Shown: positions 49,074-58,923, numbered from the whole stretch's first letter. The stretch: 63,988 nucleotides of DNA, filler included, from Sandaracinaceae bacterium (GCA_947483975.1; 9 parts of 9 records of this genome joined end to end with filler, not necessarily neighbours in it); one strand, 5' to 3'. Notes: generated from the sequence alone by a model not told the origin. Made by a program: numbers and translations.

Positions 49074-50141
49074 CTACTCCGCGCTCAGCCTCTCGACCGC
49101 CCAACGCGCCGCCTCACGCACGCCCTCGTCCTCGTCGCGCTCCGCCGCCTCGCGCAGCACCGGCAGGTGCCGCTTCTCGCCCGCGTTGCCGAGCACGATG
49201 GCCGCGTTGCGCGCCATGCCGCTGCGCCCGGCGCGCTGGATCGGTGAGCCCGCCGCGTAGGTCGCGAACGTCGCCGCGTCCATGCGCAGGACGTCCGCCG
49301 CGTCGTGCGCCTCCCAGCGCGGGTCGGGCGCGAACGGGCGCGTCGTGTCGTCGGCGGGCAGCGCCGTGCGGTTGAACGGGCAGACGTCTTGGCAAGCGTC
49401 GCAGCCGAAGAGCCAGTCGCCGATCGACGCGCGGAGCGGCTCGGGCGCGGGGCGGCTCTCCTCGATCGTCAGGTAGCTGATGCACCTGCGCCCATCGAGC
49501 TCGCGCGGAGCGACGAACGCCTGCGTCGGGCACGCGTCGAGGCAGAGCGTGCAGCTGCCGCAGCGCTCGGGCTGAGGCGCGTCGGGCTCGAGCGCGGCGC
49601 TCGTCAGCACCGTCGCGAGCACGAGGTGCGAGCCGAGCCCGGGCACGATCAGGCAGCAGTTCTTCCCGATGAAGCCGACGCCCGCGCGCTCTGCCCAGGC
49701 GCGCTCGACGATCGGCATCGTGTCGCAGGTCGCGCGGGACTTGTGCCCTTGGCGGCGCAGCCACTTCGCGAGCGTGCGCGCGCGGCTCCCGGTCGCGTTG
49801 TGGTAGTCGCGCCCACGGGCGTAGCGGGCGACGCGGCCCGGCGCGGGGCCGACGCGCTCGCTGCTCCGCGCGTACGGCATCGCGAGGACGATGACGCTCA
49901 CCGCGCTCGGCAAGAGGCCCGGGCCAGCGGGCGCGTCGAGCGCGAGCGTCGGATCGACCCGCGCGGCGAGGCTGTCGGCCATGTACGTCATCACGCCGTG
50001 CCGCTCGGCGGCGAGCCACGCGCGGAGGCGGTCCGCCTCGACCGTGAGCGGCTCCGCGTGCGCGACGCCCATGCGCGTGAAGCCGAGCGCGCGGGCCTCG
50101 GCGAAGAGGCGCTCTTTCAGCGACGACGGCGGGAGCGACAC
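49074..50141 (-). CDS. queG: tRNA epoxyqueuosine reductase QueG
   Basis: YARGRDYH, ERAWAERAGVGFIGKN, CGSCTLCLDACPT, CISYLTIE, FGCDACQDVCP, RNAAIVLGN. Confidence 0.95.
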   Translation of the reverse strand: MSLPPSSLKERLFAEARALGFTRMGVAHAEPLTVEADRLRAWLAAERHGVMTYMADSLAARVDPTLALDAPAGPGLLPSAVSVIVLAMPYARSSERVGPAPGRVARYARGRDYHNATGSRARTLAKWLRRQGHKSRATCDTMPIVERAWAERAGVGFIGKNCCLIVPGLGSHLVLATVLTSAALEPDAPQPERCGSCTLCLDACPTQAFVAPRELDGRRCISYLTIEESRPAPEPLRASIGDWLFGCDACQDVCPFNRTALPADDTTRPFAPDPRWEAHDAADVLRMDAATFATYAAGSPIQRAGRSGMARNAAIVLGNAGEKRHLPVLREAAERDEDEGVREAARWAVERLSAE

Positions 50142-51112
50142 AGCGCGAGGGTGACACACAGCGCCGACAGCACGAGGCCGCTCGGCGCGGCGTCCCGCGG
50201 TGCGCCGACGAGCGCGCAGCGGCAGCCGCTGTAGGCGCCAGCGTCGGGCGGCGGCGGCGCGGCGCCCTCGTCGAGGGTGCCTGCCTCCATCACTACACCG
50301 GCGTCGTCGCCCGCGCCTGCGTCGGCGGCGACGCTCGCGTCGTCGGGCACGCCACCGTCGGCGCCACCGAGCGGCCGCACATCGAGCCGGATGGCCCAGT
50401 CGCCCGCGACGCCGACCTCCTCGTTCCAGAGCCAGCCGGCGATCGGCGGGCCCGCGTAGACGAGGTTGCGGTGCGCGTCGATGCGCGCGTCGTCGCGCAT
50501 CGGCAGCCCGCTCGGGCCCTGACCTGCCGCGCACGCTGCCGACATCACCGCCGCGTCGGGGCGCAGTCCGACGACGACGCGCAGGTACGTGTACCCCGCC
50601 TCGACGCGCAGCCCGGCCGCGTCGAGGGGCACGCTGACCAGGTTGACCGAGTACATCGGCATCGTCGCCGACGACGAGATGCTCTCCGGGAGCGGCACCT
50701 CCAGCATCGAGCTGACCTCGATCTCACCGGGCCACACTCCCTCGGCGGGCAGGTCCCGCACGGCCGTCGGCACGGTCGTGCCCGCATACACCGCGAGGTC
50801 GAAGAGCCCATCGCGCGGCGTCGTGCCCGCCGTGCACGTCGTCGGCGCGGTCGGCGCGCCGCTCGCGACGGCGACGATCAGCTCGTTGACGAGGAGCGGG
50901 AACTCGCTCGGTCGGAGCCCGCCGCCGCCGGGAAGCTCGTAGTAGATGACCGAGACCTTCTCGCCGCCGCAGAAGCCGCACGAGACGGCGCCCGGCGTCT
51001 CGGCGGAGAGCGTGTCGTAGGCGAGGCTGCGCTGCGCGCTCGCGGCGGCGGGCAGCGCGAGCGAGGCGAGGAGCGAGGAAGCGAGCAGCGTGAGCGAAGC
51101 GGGGCGCAGCAT
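50117..51112 (-). CDS. Exported protein with a MYXO-CTERM-like sorting tail
   Basis: Signal peptide (ASA); ends GCRC...hydrophobic...RSRRRR. Confidence 0.75.
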   Translation of the reverse strand: MLRPASLTLLASSLLASLALPAAASAQRSLAYDTLSAETPGAVSCGFCGGEKVSVIYYELPGGGGLRPSEFPLLVNELIVAVASGAPTAPTTCTAGTTPRDGLFDLAVYAGTTVPTAVRDLPAEGVWPGEIEVSSMLEVPLPESISSSATMPMYSVNLVSVPLDAAGLRVEAGYTYLRVVVGLRPDAAVMSAACAAGQGPSGLPMRDDARIDAHRNLVYAGPPIAGWLWNEEVGVAGDWAIRLDVRPLGGADGGVPDDASVAADAGAGDDAGVVMEAGTLDEGAAPPPPDAGAYSGCRCALVGAPRDAAPSGLVLSALCVTLALCRSRRRR

Positions 51113-51179
51113 CGCGCGAGGGTAGCCCACTCGCGCGCTCGAGTGCGCGCGTGCGGTGACGCCGAAGGCGGGCCGCCCG

Positions 51180-51866
51180 CTACGCCTTGCAGAGCGGGCA
51201 GCGCGCTTCGGCGTGCGGGAGATCGCGGCGGTGCACGTCGAGCAACGCACGCGAGACGCCCGCGAGCTCACGGCGGACCTCGCGGCGCAGGCCCTTCACG
51301 CGCGGGATGTTCATGTCGTCGTACGCGGTCGTCGAGTGCCGCATCCACGCGATGACGGCCGCCTCGGCGCGGCGGTCGACGGAGATGCGCTTGGTGCGCG
51401 CGACCGTGCCGCTGCCGACGGGCGTCGCGTGCGCGGTGACGGCGCGCGCGATCGACGCGGCGCGCTCGCGATAGCGGGGCGCGAAGCGAAGGAACGCGAG
51501 CACCTCGTCCTCGAAGCTCGCGACGTAGGCGACCTGCTCCTTCTCGCGGCGCACCCGCGCGCCGACGAGCTTCTTCGCGTAGCTCGGCGAGGAGCGCTCG
51601 ACCTCGAGCGCGGCGCGCGCGGCGTCGATGTTCGCGCACGGCGCCCAGAGCCCGCGGGAGAACGCCTTCCGACCGCGTTTCTCGACCACGGCCCACGACG
51701 GGCCCGCGAGCTTCACGCGGCGCGTGAGCCCGGCGTCCCCCGGCGGCAGACACACCCAGTCGACCGGCGGCGTGAAGCGCGCGCCTCCCGGCCCGAGGAA
51801 GACGCGCGGGTCGGCGGTCGGGGCGAGCGTGAGCGCGTCGGGGCGAGCGGATGGCGTCGGAGGCAT
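51180..51866 (-). CDS. DUF2293-family protein
   Basis: LPPGDAGLTRR, HATPVGSGTVAR, AVIAWMRHSTTAYD. Confidence 0.85.
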   Translation of the reverse strand: MPPTPSARPDALTLAPTADPRVFLGPGGARFTPPVDWVCLPPGDAGLTRRVKLAGPSWAVVEKRGRKAFSRGLWAPCANIDAARAALEVERSSPSYAKKLVGARVRREKEQVAYVASFEDEVLAFLRFAPRYRERAASIARAVTAHATPVGSGTVARTKRISVDRRAEAAVIAWMRHSTTAYDDMNIPRVKGLRREVRRELAGVSRALLDVHRRDLPHAEARCPLCKA

Positions 51867-51940
51867 GGCGCGCAACCTAGCGCGGCTCGCTCGGCGGCGC
51901 GCTCGCTTCCGTGCTCGGCGCTGCGGTCGGCGGCGCGCTC

Positions 51941-52040
51941 NNNNNNNNNNNNNNNNNNNNNNNNNNNNNNNNNNNNNNNNNNNNTTAATTAATTAANNNN
52001 NNNNNNNNNNNNNNNNNNNNNNNNNNNNNNNNNNNNNNNN
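51941..52040. other. Artificial contig linker
   Basis: N-run with TTAATTAATTAA. Confidence 0.99.
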
Positions 52041-52042
52041 CC

Positions 52043-52540
52043 ACGCCCGCCGCGCCCGGCTGGGGCGCGTGTCCACACCACGCGCTCTTGCACTCCGGGC
52101 TGCACCCCGAGGCGTCCGATCGCCTGCGCTGCGCCGGCGTCGCGGCGACCCGCATCACGCAGACGATCGGCACCGCGCCCGCCTCCGTCGGCTACCACCT
52201 GGCCGACGGCACGGCGAGCGGGCACGCCTACTGCGCGGCGGTCGATCTGCGCTCGCGGGACCTCAGCACCACGCAGGTCCGGGCGCTCCTCGATCGTTTG
52301 TGGAGCAACGGTTTCGTCGCCTGGTATCGCCAGCCGGGGAGCGACGGCTGGCCCGCGAGCGGCGCCCCGCACATCCACGCGGTCTTCGCGGGCGTCGTGA
52401 TGAAGTCGCAGCTACGAGCGCAGGTGCGCGACTTCCTCCTCGGGCGAAACGGGCTGACCTCGCACACCCGCTACACGTTCCGGGTCGCGCCCACGCCCGT
52501 GAAGACGCTCCTCGCGCTGCTCTTCTCGCGGCACTACTAG
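52043..52540 (+). CDS. C-terminal M15/Hedgehog-DD-peptidase-like domain; 5' partial
   Basis: SVGYH...AAVDL, GFVAWYR, PHIHAVF give an H..D..H Zn-ligand pattern. Confidence 0.55.
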   Translation, partial: TPAAPGWGACPHHALLHSGLHPEASDRLRCAGVAATRITQTIGTAPASVGYHLADGTASGHAYCAAVDLRSRDLSTTQVRALLDRLWSNGFVAWYRQPGSDGWPASGAPHIHAVFAGVVMKSQLRAQVRDFLLGRNGLTSHTRYTFRVAPTPVKTLLALLFSRHY

Positions 52541-52563
52541 CCCCCTGAGCGGGGCGCCGCGCC

Positions 52564-52881
52564 TCAGCGGCAAGCCCCTTCGCAGCTCCGCAGCGTCGCC
52601 GCGCAGCGCGTCTCTTGCTCGGGTTCGAGCGCCGTCGCGCGGCAGATGTGATCCTCCGACGCGCACTGCGCGCGACACGTCTCGCGCTGCACGTAGTCTG
52701 CGGCGGCGTGCGGATCGCGCGCGGCGTTCGCGGGCGGGGCGCCCACCTCTTGCGTCACCGCGGGCGTCGGCGGCGCGGAGGGCTCTGCGCCCGTGCGCAT
52801 CATCAGGATGACGAGCACGATCATCAGCCCGAGCCCGCCCACGAGCGCGAGGATGCGCCAGGGAATGCGCGCGTCGCTCAC
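52564..52881 (-). CDS. Small single-TM protein with a six-Cys C-terminal domain
   Basis: TM segment, then CRAQC...C...C...CEGAC. Confidence 0.6.
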   Translation of the reverse strand: MSDARIPWRILALVGGLGLMIVLVILMMRTGAEPSAPPTPAVTQEVGAPPANAARDPHAAADYVQRETCRAQCASEDHICRATALEPEQETRCAATLRSCEGACR

Positions 52882-52983
52882 AGCGCCCCCGTGCGGCGGC
52901 AGGCGCGCGAGCGGCTGCGAGAGAGCGTCGGTTGGGCCACGCAGCGAGGCTGCTGGAGGCGCCGCGCGAAGTCAAAGTCTGCT

Positions 52984-53054
52984 GCGCGCCGAGCCTGCCG
53001 CGCGCCGACCCTGCCGCGCGCCGAGCCTGCCGCGCGCCGAGCCTGCCGCGCGCC
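52984..53054. repeat. 16-bp tandem repeat x4.4 directly after the ruvB stop
   Basis: Unit gcgcgccgagcctgcc at 52984, 53000, 53016 and 53032, plus a partial copy. Confidence 0.9.
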
Positions 53055-54095
53055 TCAGAACATCCCGGCTTGTCGCCCGGGCGGCATCACGAGCCCGAGG
53101 TGCGCATAGGCGCGCTCCGTCGCCATGCGCCCGCGCGCCGTCCGCGCGAGAAAGCCCTGCTGCAAGAGGTACGGCTCGTACACATCCTCGAGCGTGTCGC
53201 GCGGCTCGCTCAGCGCCGCCGCGATCGTCTCGACCCCGACGGGCCCGCCCTTGTAGTGCTCGATGATCACGCGGAGCACGCGGCGGTCCATCTCGTCGAG
53301 CCCGGCGTCGTCGACGTCGAGGCGGTCGAGCGCGTCCTTCGTGCGCACCGTCGAGAGGACGCCGTCGCCGAGCACCTCCGCGAAGTCGCGCGCCCGGCGC
53401 AGCAGCCGATTGACGATGCGCGGAGTCCCGCGCGCGCGCCGCGCGATCTCCATCGCCGCGTCGTCCTCGATGGTCACCTCGAGCAGCCCGGCGCTCCGCC
53501 GCGCGATCGCCGCGAGGTCCTCGGGCGGGTAGTAGTCGAGGCGCGCGATGTAGCCGAAGCGCGAGAGGAGCGGCGACGTCAGCAGCCCCGTGCGCGTCGT
53601 CGCGCCGACGAGCGTGAACGGCTGCAGCGGCAGCTGCAGCGTCGTGGCGTAGGGCCCCTCGCCCTGCACGATGTCGATGCGGAAGTCCTCGATCGCCGAG
53701 TAGAGGTTCTCCTCGACGATCGGCTGCAGGCGATGGATCTCGTCGATGAAGAGCACGTCGCGCCGCCCGAGCTTCGTCAACAGCGCGGCGAGCTGCCCCT
53801 TGTGCTCGATGGCCGGGCCCGACGCCATCACGAGCTTCGAGTCGAGCTCCTCGGCGAGGATGCACGCCATCGTCGTCTTGCCGAGCCCCGGCGGCCCGCA
53901 GAAGAGCACGTGGTCGAGCGGTCCCCCGCGCGCGTTCGCCGCGGCGACGAAGATGCGCAGGTTCTCCTTGAGCTTCGCCTGCCCGACGTACTCGTCGAAG
54001 CGCGACGGGCGCAGCGTCACGTCGTAGCCGCGGTCGTCCTCGCCGCGCTCTGCGCTGACCGCGCGCTCGTCGCCGTCGTCGGGCTTCGGCGTCAT
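53055..54095 (-). CDS. ruvB: Holliday junction DNA helicase RuvB
   Basis: LRP..FDEYVGQ, GPPGLGKTT, FIDEIHR, GATTR, RGTPRI, YEPYL. Confidence 0.98.
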   Translation of the reverse strand: MTPKPDDGDERAVSAERGEDDRGYDVTLRPSRFDEYVGQAKLKENLRIFVAAANARGGPLDHVLFCGPPGLGKTTMACILAEELDSKLVMASGPAIEHKGQLAALLTKLGRRDVLFIDEIHRLQPIVEENLYSAIEDFRIDIVQGEGPYATTLQLPLQPFTLVGATTRTGLLTSPLLSRFGYIARLDYYPPEDLAAIARRSAGLLEVTIEDDAAMEIARRARGTPRIVNRLLRRARDFAEVLGDGVLSTVRTKDALDRLDVDDAGLDEMDRRVLRVIIEHYKGGPVGVETIAAALSEPRDTLEDVYEPYLLQQGFLARTARGRMATERAYAHLGLVMPPGRQAGMF

Positions 54096-54721
54096 CGCAG
54101 GAGCCCCAGCGCTTCCCGGAGGAGCACCTCGGCGGGCTTGCCCGCGGACTCCTCGTGCTCGGCGAGGCGGGCGACGGCGCGCTCAGCCTCGGCCGGCTTG
54201 TAGCCCATCTGCACGAGCGCCCCGGCGACGACCCCGAACGCGTCGCTCGGCGCCCGCGCGGGCGTGCGCGCGCTCGTCGGCGCGGGCGCGCTGAGCGTGC
54301 CCGCAGACGACGGCGACACGAGCAGCTTGTCCTTCAGTTCGAGCAGCAGGCGCTCGACGATCTTCTTGCCGACGCCCGAGATTCCCTTGAAGGCGTTGCG
54401 ATCCCCGAGCGCGATCGCCGTCCCGAGCGCGCGCGCGTCGAGGGTGCTCAAGATCGCGAGCGAGACCTTCGGGCCGACGCTCGAGACGCCGAGCAGCGTC
54501 CGAAACGCCGCGCGATCATCGAGCGAGGCGAAGCCGTAGAGCATCAGCGCGTCCTCGCGGACGTGCGTGTGGATGAAGAGCGTCGTGCGCTCGCCGTCCG
54601 CCGGCAGCTTGCCGAGCGTGCCGAGCGGCACCGTCACCTCGTAGCCGACGCCCCCGACGTCGAGGATGCAGGTCCCATCGATCGCCCGCTCGACGAGCGC
54701 GCCTGAGAGTCGTCCGATCAC
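54092..54721 (-). CDS. ruvA: Holliday junction binding protein RuvA
   Basis: DVGGVGY, HVRED..LYGF, VGPK, GVGKK, ELKDK. Confidence 0.97.
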   Translation of the reverse strand: MIGRLSGALVERAIDGTCILDVGGVGYEVTVPLGTLGKLPADGERTTLFIHTHVREDALMLYGFASLDDRAAFRTLLGVSSVGPKVSLAILSTLDARALGTAIALGDRNAFKGISGVGKKIVERLLLELKDKLLVSPSSAGTLSAPAPTSARTPARAPSDAFGVVAGALVQMGYKPAEAERAVARLAEHEESAGKPAEVLLREALGLLR

Positions 54722-54734
54722 GCGGGCGACGATA

Positions 54735-55838
54735 TCACGGGCTGAACATCGATCCAGCTATTCGGCGCGCGTCGCAGCCCCAACGCCCCGCGAACACGCG
54801 CTCGACGATCGCCGCGAGCTCCGCGCGGCTCGCCTGCACGCTCTCCGCGAGCGCGAGCTGCGCGGCGGCGCGCGCGAGGTTGTGCTCGCCGCGCGTGGCG
54901 TAGCGCTGCGCGTCCCAGCCGAAGTAGCGCTCCTCGAGCGCGTCAGCGCAGAAGCGGCTCGCGAGCTCGAGCGCGATCGTCTCGAGCCCCGCGGGGAGCG
55001 CGCGGCGCTCGTCCTCGGTGAGCAGGGCGCCCGCGCACTCCGCGTAGCCCGCGAGGGCAGCCTCGACGATCGCGAGGTCGACGCGCGCGTGCGCCGCGCT
55101 CTCGCCCGCGGGGTTCGCCCATGAGCGCAGCGCGTCGCCGAGCTCCACCGCGAGCGTGCCGTGCGCGAGCGTGTCGAGGTCGAGCAGCGCGACGGCGCGC
55201 GTCAGCGTCTCGTCGAAGAGCACGTTGGTCAGCTTCAGGTCGCCGTGGATGATGCGCACCGGCAGCTCGGGGACCGTCGGCAGCGCGTGCGCGAGGATGC
55301 GCTCGGCGACGGGGCGAATCGCTGCAAATTGCGGGTGATTCGCGTGCGCCTCGAGCGCCGCGCGGAGGTGCGCGAGGTGCCGCGGAGTGTCGTGCGCGCC
55401 CGGGCGCGTGAAGTGGAAGGTGTGCTGAAGGTCCGCGACGGCGACGTGAAAGCGCCCCGCCGCCGCGCCCGCCGCGCGCGCCACCTCGGGGGTGCTGACG
55501 ACGCTGACGACGCGCCCCTCGAGGAACGTCTGCGCGCGCCACGCGCCGTCGGCCGCGTCGAGCCAGAGCGCGCCCGTCGTCGTCGGCACGAGGCGCGGCG
55601 TCGTCACGCCCTTCTCGGCGAGGTGCGCGGTGATCGCCTCGAAGTCGCGGTTGACCTCGCCGCGGAAGATCGGATGCAGGCGCTGCAAGACGATGAGCCG
55701 CGGCTCGGCGCTCGTCCGCTCGACGCGGTAGGTGCGGTTGATCAGCCCGATCTCGATCGGCGTGACGCGCGCTTCCGCGTCGAGCGCGAACGCCGCGCGC
55801 ACCTCGTCCGGCAGCGCCACGTCAGAGCCCGTCGTCAT
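54735..55838 (-). CDS. APH/choline-kinase-family phosphotransferase (N-acetylhexosamine kinase-like)
   Basis: GLINRTY, LQR, HGDLKLTNVLF, DLDT, ELGDALRS. Confidence 0.85.
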   Translation of the reverse strand: MTTGSDVALPDEVRAAFALDAEARVTPIEIGLINRTYRVERTSAEPRLIVLQRLHPIFRGEVNRDFEAITAHLAEKGVTTPRLVPTTTGALWLDAADGAWRAQTFLEGRVVSVVSTPEVARAAGAAAGRFHVAVADLQHTFHFTRPGAHDTPRHLAHLRAALEAHANHPQFAAIRPVAERILAHALPTVPELPVRIIHGDLKLTNVLFDETLTRAVALLDLDTLAHGTLAVELGDALRSWANPAGESAAHARVDLAIVEAALAGYAECAGALLTEDERRALPAGLETIALELASRFCADALEERYFGWDAQRYATRGEHNLARAAAQLALAESVQASRAELAAIVERVFAGRWGCDARRIAGSMFSP

Positions 55839-57574
55839 CGCGCCGCGATGCTGACGGTCCCCGCTGCCGTGTGCTCGAGGAGGAACGCCTCGACGCCGCC
55901 CGGCACGGGATTCGCCGCATCGTCCGCCGCCGCGAGCGCGTCGAGGTGCGTCAGCGCCGTCGCGTCGATCACGCGGAACGCGGGCGAATTCGCGCCCGCC
56001 GCGCCGCGCGCTTCACCCGCGTGCGGACGCCCCGCGCCCACCGTCGGCGCGATGCGCGCGCGCACGTCCTCGTAGCCGTCGACGCCCGAGAGCGCGGCGG
56101 CGACGGCGAGCAGCGGCGCGTCCATCAGCGGACCGTCGAACGCGCGCAGCCCCTCGGCGGCTTGCCACGAGTCCACGGCGAGCGCGTTCGGTCCGACGGC
56201 GTTCTGATCGAGCGGCAGGCGGGTCGGGTAGTACCAGTCCGCGTAGTTCGTGCGCCCCGCGACCCAAGAGCGCGCGAGGTTCTCGACGGGCGTGTGCTCC
56301 GGCGGCGTCGAGTCCGCCGCGTCGACCCAGTCGTAGGTCGCGGCGGTGTCCGTGGGATACACGACAGGACCGAAGAGTCCGTCCTTCGTGGCGACCGGGC
56401 CGCCGGTGGGCTTTCCGAGAGAGCACGAGAAGACTGGAATCCCGTTCGACTCGTCGTCGAAGCCGAAGCCGAGCGCCGCGCGGTTCGTGAAGTTGGGCAC
56501 CGCGCCGCGCGGGATCGAGAAGAGCGTCGAGAGCACGCGGTCGCGCTCGCGGTCCTCGACGACGCCCATCGGCTCGGCGAGCGCGCGCATCGACATGATC
56601 TCGGACGTCGCGAGCACGCCGACGCCGAGCAGCGGCAGCTCGAAGTAGCGCGGCCCCTCGGCGCGCAGCGCGTCGATGCCGGGCAGCGTCGCGAACGCGC
56701 TCGTCACGCCCGCGTGGTACTCGGCCTCCGTGATCGCCGCGGCGTTCGACGCGCCATCGACGAGGATGACGCCCGCGAGCTCCTCGGCGCCGCGCACCCC
56801 CGCCGCGCCGTCGCCGAAGCGCCACGCCGCGTAGCTCTCGACGACGCCGCCGCCCGCGGAGTGCCCCATCAAGAACACGTGCGCGCGGCGGTCCGCCTGC
56901 GGCACCAGCTCGATCACGCGGCGCAGATCCTCGATCAGCGTCGTCAGCCCCCACTCGCTGACGAACGCGACGCTGTCCTGCGCGCGGAAGCCCGCGAACG
57001 CGGTGCCGTCGATCGTCTCGTGCCGATAGTAGTAGCCCTGCGCGATCTCGGGATTTGCCGCCGCCTGCGCCGTGGACATCCCGCGCAGATCCTCGAGCGA
57101 ATTCGAGCGCCGGTCGATCGCCCAGACCTCCGTCGTCTCGCCGCTCAGCGCGCCGCGGCGCACGAGCGCGCGGGCGAGCGCGTCGTAGCTGCCCGCGCCG
57201 CCGAGCGTGCCGGGATAGGCGACGACGAGCGCGCGCGCGGGCTTCGGCGGAGTGACGTCCTCGCGATAGCGCACGACCTGCGTGAACTCCGTCTCGGCGG
57301 GCGAGGCTGTGCCCGTCGTCGGGTTCATCGGAGCCGCGACGCCGGGCACCGAGAAGAGCTCACGCCGCAGCCCGGTCTCGACGACCTCCGACGCGGGCGG
57401 CTCGGCGAAGTCCCAGTTCGCGGGCGGCCCCGCGTCGACGGGCCCGGGCCCCGAGTCGACGCCGGCGTCGGAGAGCGGCGTGACGTCGTCGTCTCCACAC
57501 GCGCCGAGCGCGACGGCGCAACCGAGCGCGAGCACAGCCGACCAGCGCTTCGAGCGAACGTGCGAACGGGGCAT
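55835..57574 (-). CDS. Alpha/beta-hydrolase lipoprotein
   Basis: Lipobox LGAC; YPGTLGG, WAIDRR, GHSAGG nucleophile elbow, C-terminal THLD. Confidence 0.8.
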   Translation of the reverse strand: MPRSHVRSKRWSAVLALGCAVALGACGDDDVTPLSDAGVDSGPGPVDAGPPANWDFAEPPASEVVETGLRRELFSVPGVAAPMNPTTGTASPAETEFTQVVRYREDVTPPKPARALVVAYPGTLGGAGSYDALARALVRRGALSGETTEVWAIDRRSNSLEDLRGMSTAQAAANPEIAQGYYYRHETIDGTAFAGFRAQDSVAFVSEWGLTTLIEDLRRVIELVPQADRRAHVFLMGHSAGGGVVESYAAWRFGDGAAGVRGAEELAGVILVDGASNAAAITEAEYHAGVTSAFATLPGIDALRAEGPRYFELPLLGVGVLATSEIMSMRALAEPMGVVEDRERDRVLSTLFSIPRGAVPNFTNRAALGFGFDDESNGIPVFSCSLGKPTGGPVATKDGLFGPVVYPTDTAATYDWVDAADSTPPEHTPVENLARSWVAGRTNYADWYYPTRLPLDQNAVGPNALAVDSWQAAEGLRAFDGPLMDAPLLAVAAALSGVDGYEDVRARIAPTVGAGRPHAGEARGAAGANSPAFRVIDATALTHLDALAAADDAANPVPGGVEAFLLEHTAAGTVSIAAR

Positions 57575-58164
57575 CAGCGACTCCTCTTCTTGGCCTCTGC
57601 GGCGGCGCGCGCGGACGCGCGAGCATCGGGCAGCGGGGCGTTCTTGCGGCTCGCCCGGACGCGCGCCTTCGCGAGCGTCGCGGTCATCTGCACGGGCATC
57701 CGCGCAGCATAGAGGTGCGTGATGGCGACGGCGAGCGCGTCGGTCGCGTCGATCGCGGGGAGCTCCGTCCAGCCGAGCATCGCGCCGACCATGCGCGCGA
57801 CCTGCGACTTCTCCGCGCTGCCGCTGCCGCTGACCGAGCGCTTCACGAGCGCGGGCGGATACGCGCTGACGACGAGCCCGCCGCGCGCCGCGGCGACGAG
57901 CGCGACTCCGCGCGCGTGCCCGAGCTTCATGGCCGCCGCCGGATACTTCGCGAAGAAGATGTCCTCGACGGCGCACACCGTCGGCGTGTGCGCGGCGATG
58001 ACGGCGGTCAGCCCGTCGAAGATCTGCGACAGACGCTGCTCGAGCGGGTCGCCGTCGCGCACCGCGATCACGCCCGCCGCGATGCCGATCAGGCGCGCGC
58101 CGTCGGCCTCGACGACGCCCCAGCCCGTGCGCACCGTGCCGGGGTCGATGCCGAGGACGCGCAT
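57574..58164 (-). CDS. ruvC: Crossover junction endonuclease RuvC
   Basis: LGIDPG, VE, LGHARG, K..V.G.G.A.K.QV, DATDALA. Confidence 0.97.
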   Translation of the reverse strand: MRVLGIDPGTVRTGWGVVEADGARLIGIAAGVIAVRDGDPLEQRLSQIFDGLTAVIAAHTPTVCAVEDIFFAKYPAAAMKLGHARGVALVAAARGGLVVSAYPPALVKRSVSGSGSAEKSQVARMVGAMLGWTELPAIDATDALAVAITHLYAARMPVQMTATLAKARVRASRKNAPLPDARASARAAAEAKKRSR

Positions 58165-58173
58165 CGCGCGCGG

Positions 58174-58923
58174 CTAGCCCTCGAGCGCGGCGAGCGCCTC
58201 TTCCGACGGCTCGAAGTCGCTCCAGACCTTCTGCACATCGTCCTGATCTTCGAGCGTGTCGAGCAGGTTCAGGCAGATCTGCGCGTCGTGCGCCTCGACC
58301 ACCTTCGGCGTCTTGGCGAGCTGCTGCACGTTGGCCGTCTTGACCACGAGCTTCGCGGCCTCGAGCGCGCTGCGCACCGTCTCGAGCGCCGCCGGCGGCG
58401 TCTGGATCCACCACTCTTCGCCGTCGTCGACGACGTCCTCCGCGCCAGCGCCGACCGCGACCTCGAAGAGCTGCTCTTCGGTCGCCGCGGCCTTGTCCAT
58501 CGTGAGCACGCCCTTTGAGTCGAACGCCCACGCCGCGGCGCCCGCCGCGCCGAGCGCGCCCGCGTGCTTGTCGAAGATCTTGCGCAGCTCCGGCGCCGTG
58601 CGGTTGCGGTTATCCGTCAGCGTCTCGATCAGCCAGAGCGTGCCGTTGGGGCCGACGCCCTCGTAGGTGATCTCCTCGTAGCTGACGCCCTCGAGGTCGC
58701 CGGTGCCCTTCTTGATCGCGCGCGAGATGTTGTCGGCCGGCATGCTCGACGCCTTCGCGTCGTCGATGGCCCGCCGCAGCCGCGGGTTGCCCATGAGGTC
58801 GGCGCCTCCCATGCGCGCGGCGACGGTGATCTCCTTGATCACCTTGGAGAACATCCGCCCCCTCTTGGCGTCGAGGGCGCCCTTCTTCCGCTTGATCGTC
58901 GCCCACTTCGAATGGCCGCTCAT
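58174..58923 (-). CDS. yebC: YebC/PmpR-family protein
   Basis: MSGHSKWATIKRKK, NPRL, TDNRNRT, DDVQ. Confidence 0.97.
   Translation of the reverse strand: MSGHSKWATIKRKKGALDAKRGRMFSKVIKEITVAARMGGADLMGNPRLRRAIDDAKASSMPADNISRAIKKGTGDLEGVSYEEITYEGVGPNGTLWLIETLTDNRNRTAPELRKIFDKHAGALGAAGAAAWAFDSKGVLTMDKAAATEEQLFEVAVGAGAEDVVDDGEEWWIQTPPAALETVRSALEAAKLVVKTANVQQLAKTPKVVEAHDAQICLNLLDTLEDQDDVQKVWSDFEPSEEALAALEG

Noticed and set aside
54735..55838. APH-family gene as an antibiotic-resistance determinant
   Set aside because: Its motifs (GLIN.TY, LQR, HGDLK..N, DLDT) look closer to sugar-kinase-like members, and there is no mobile context.
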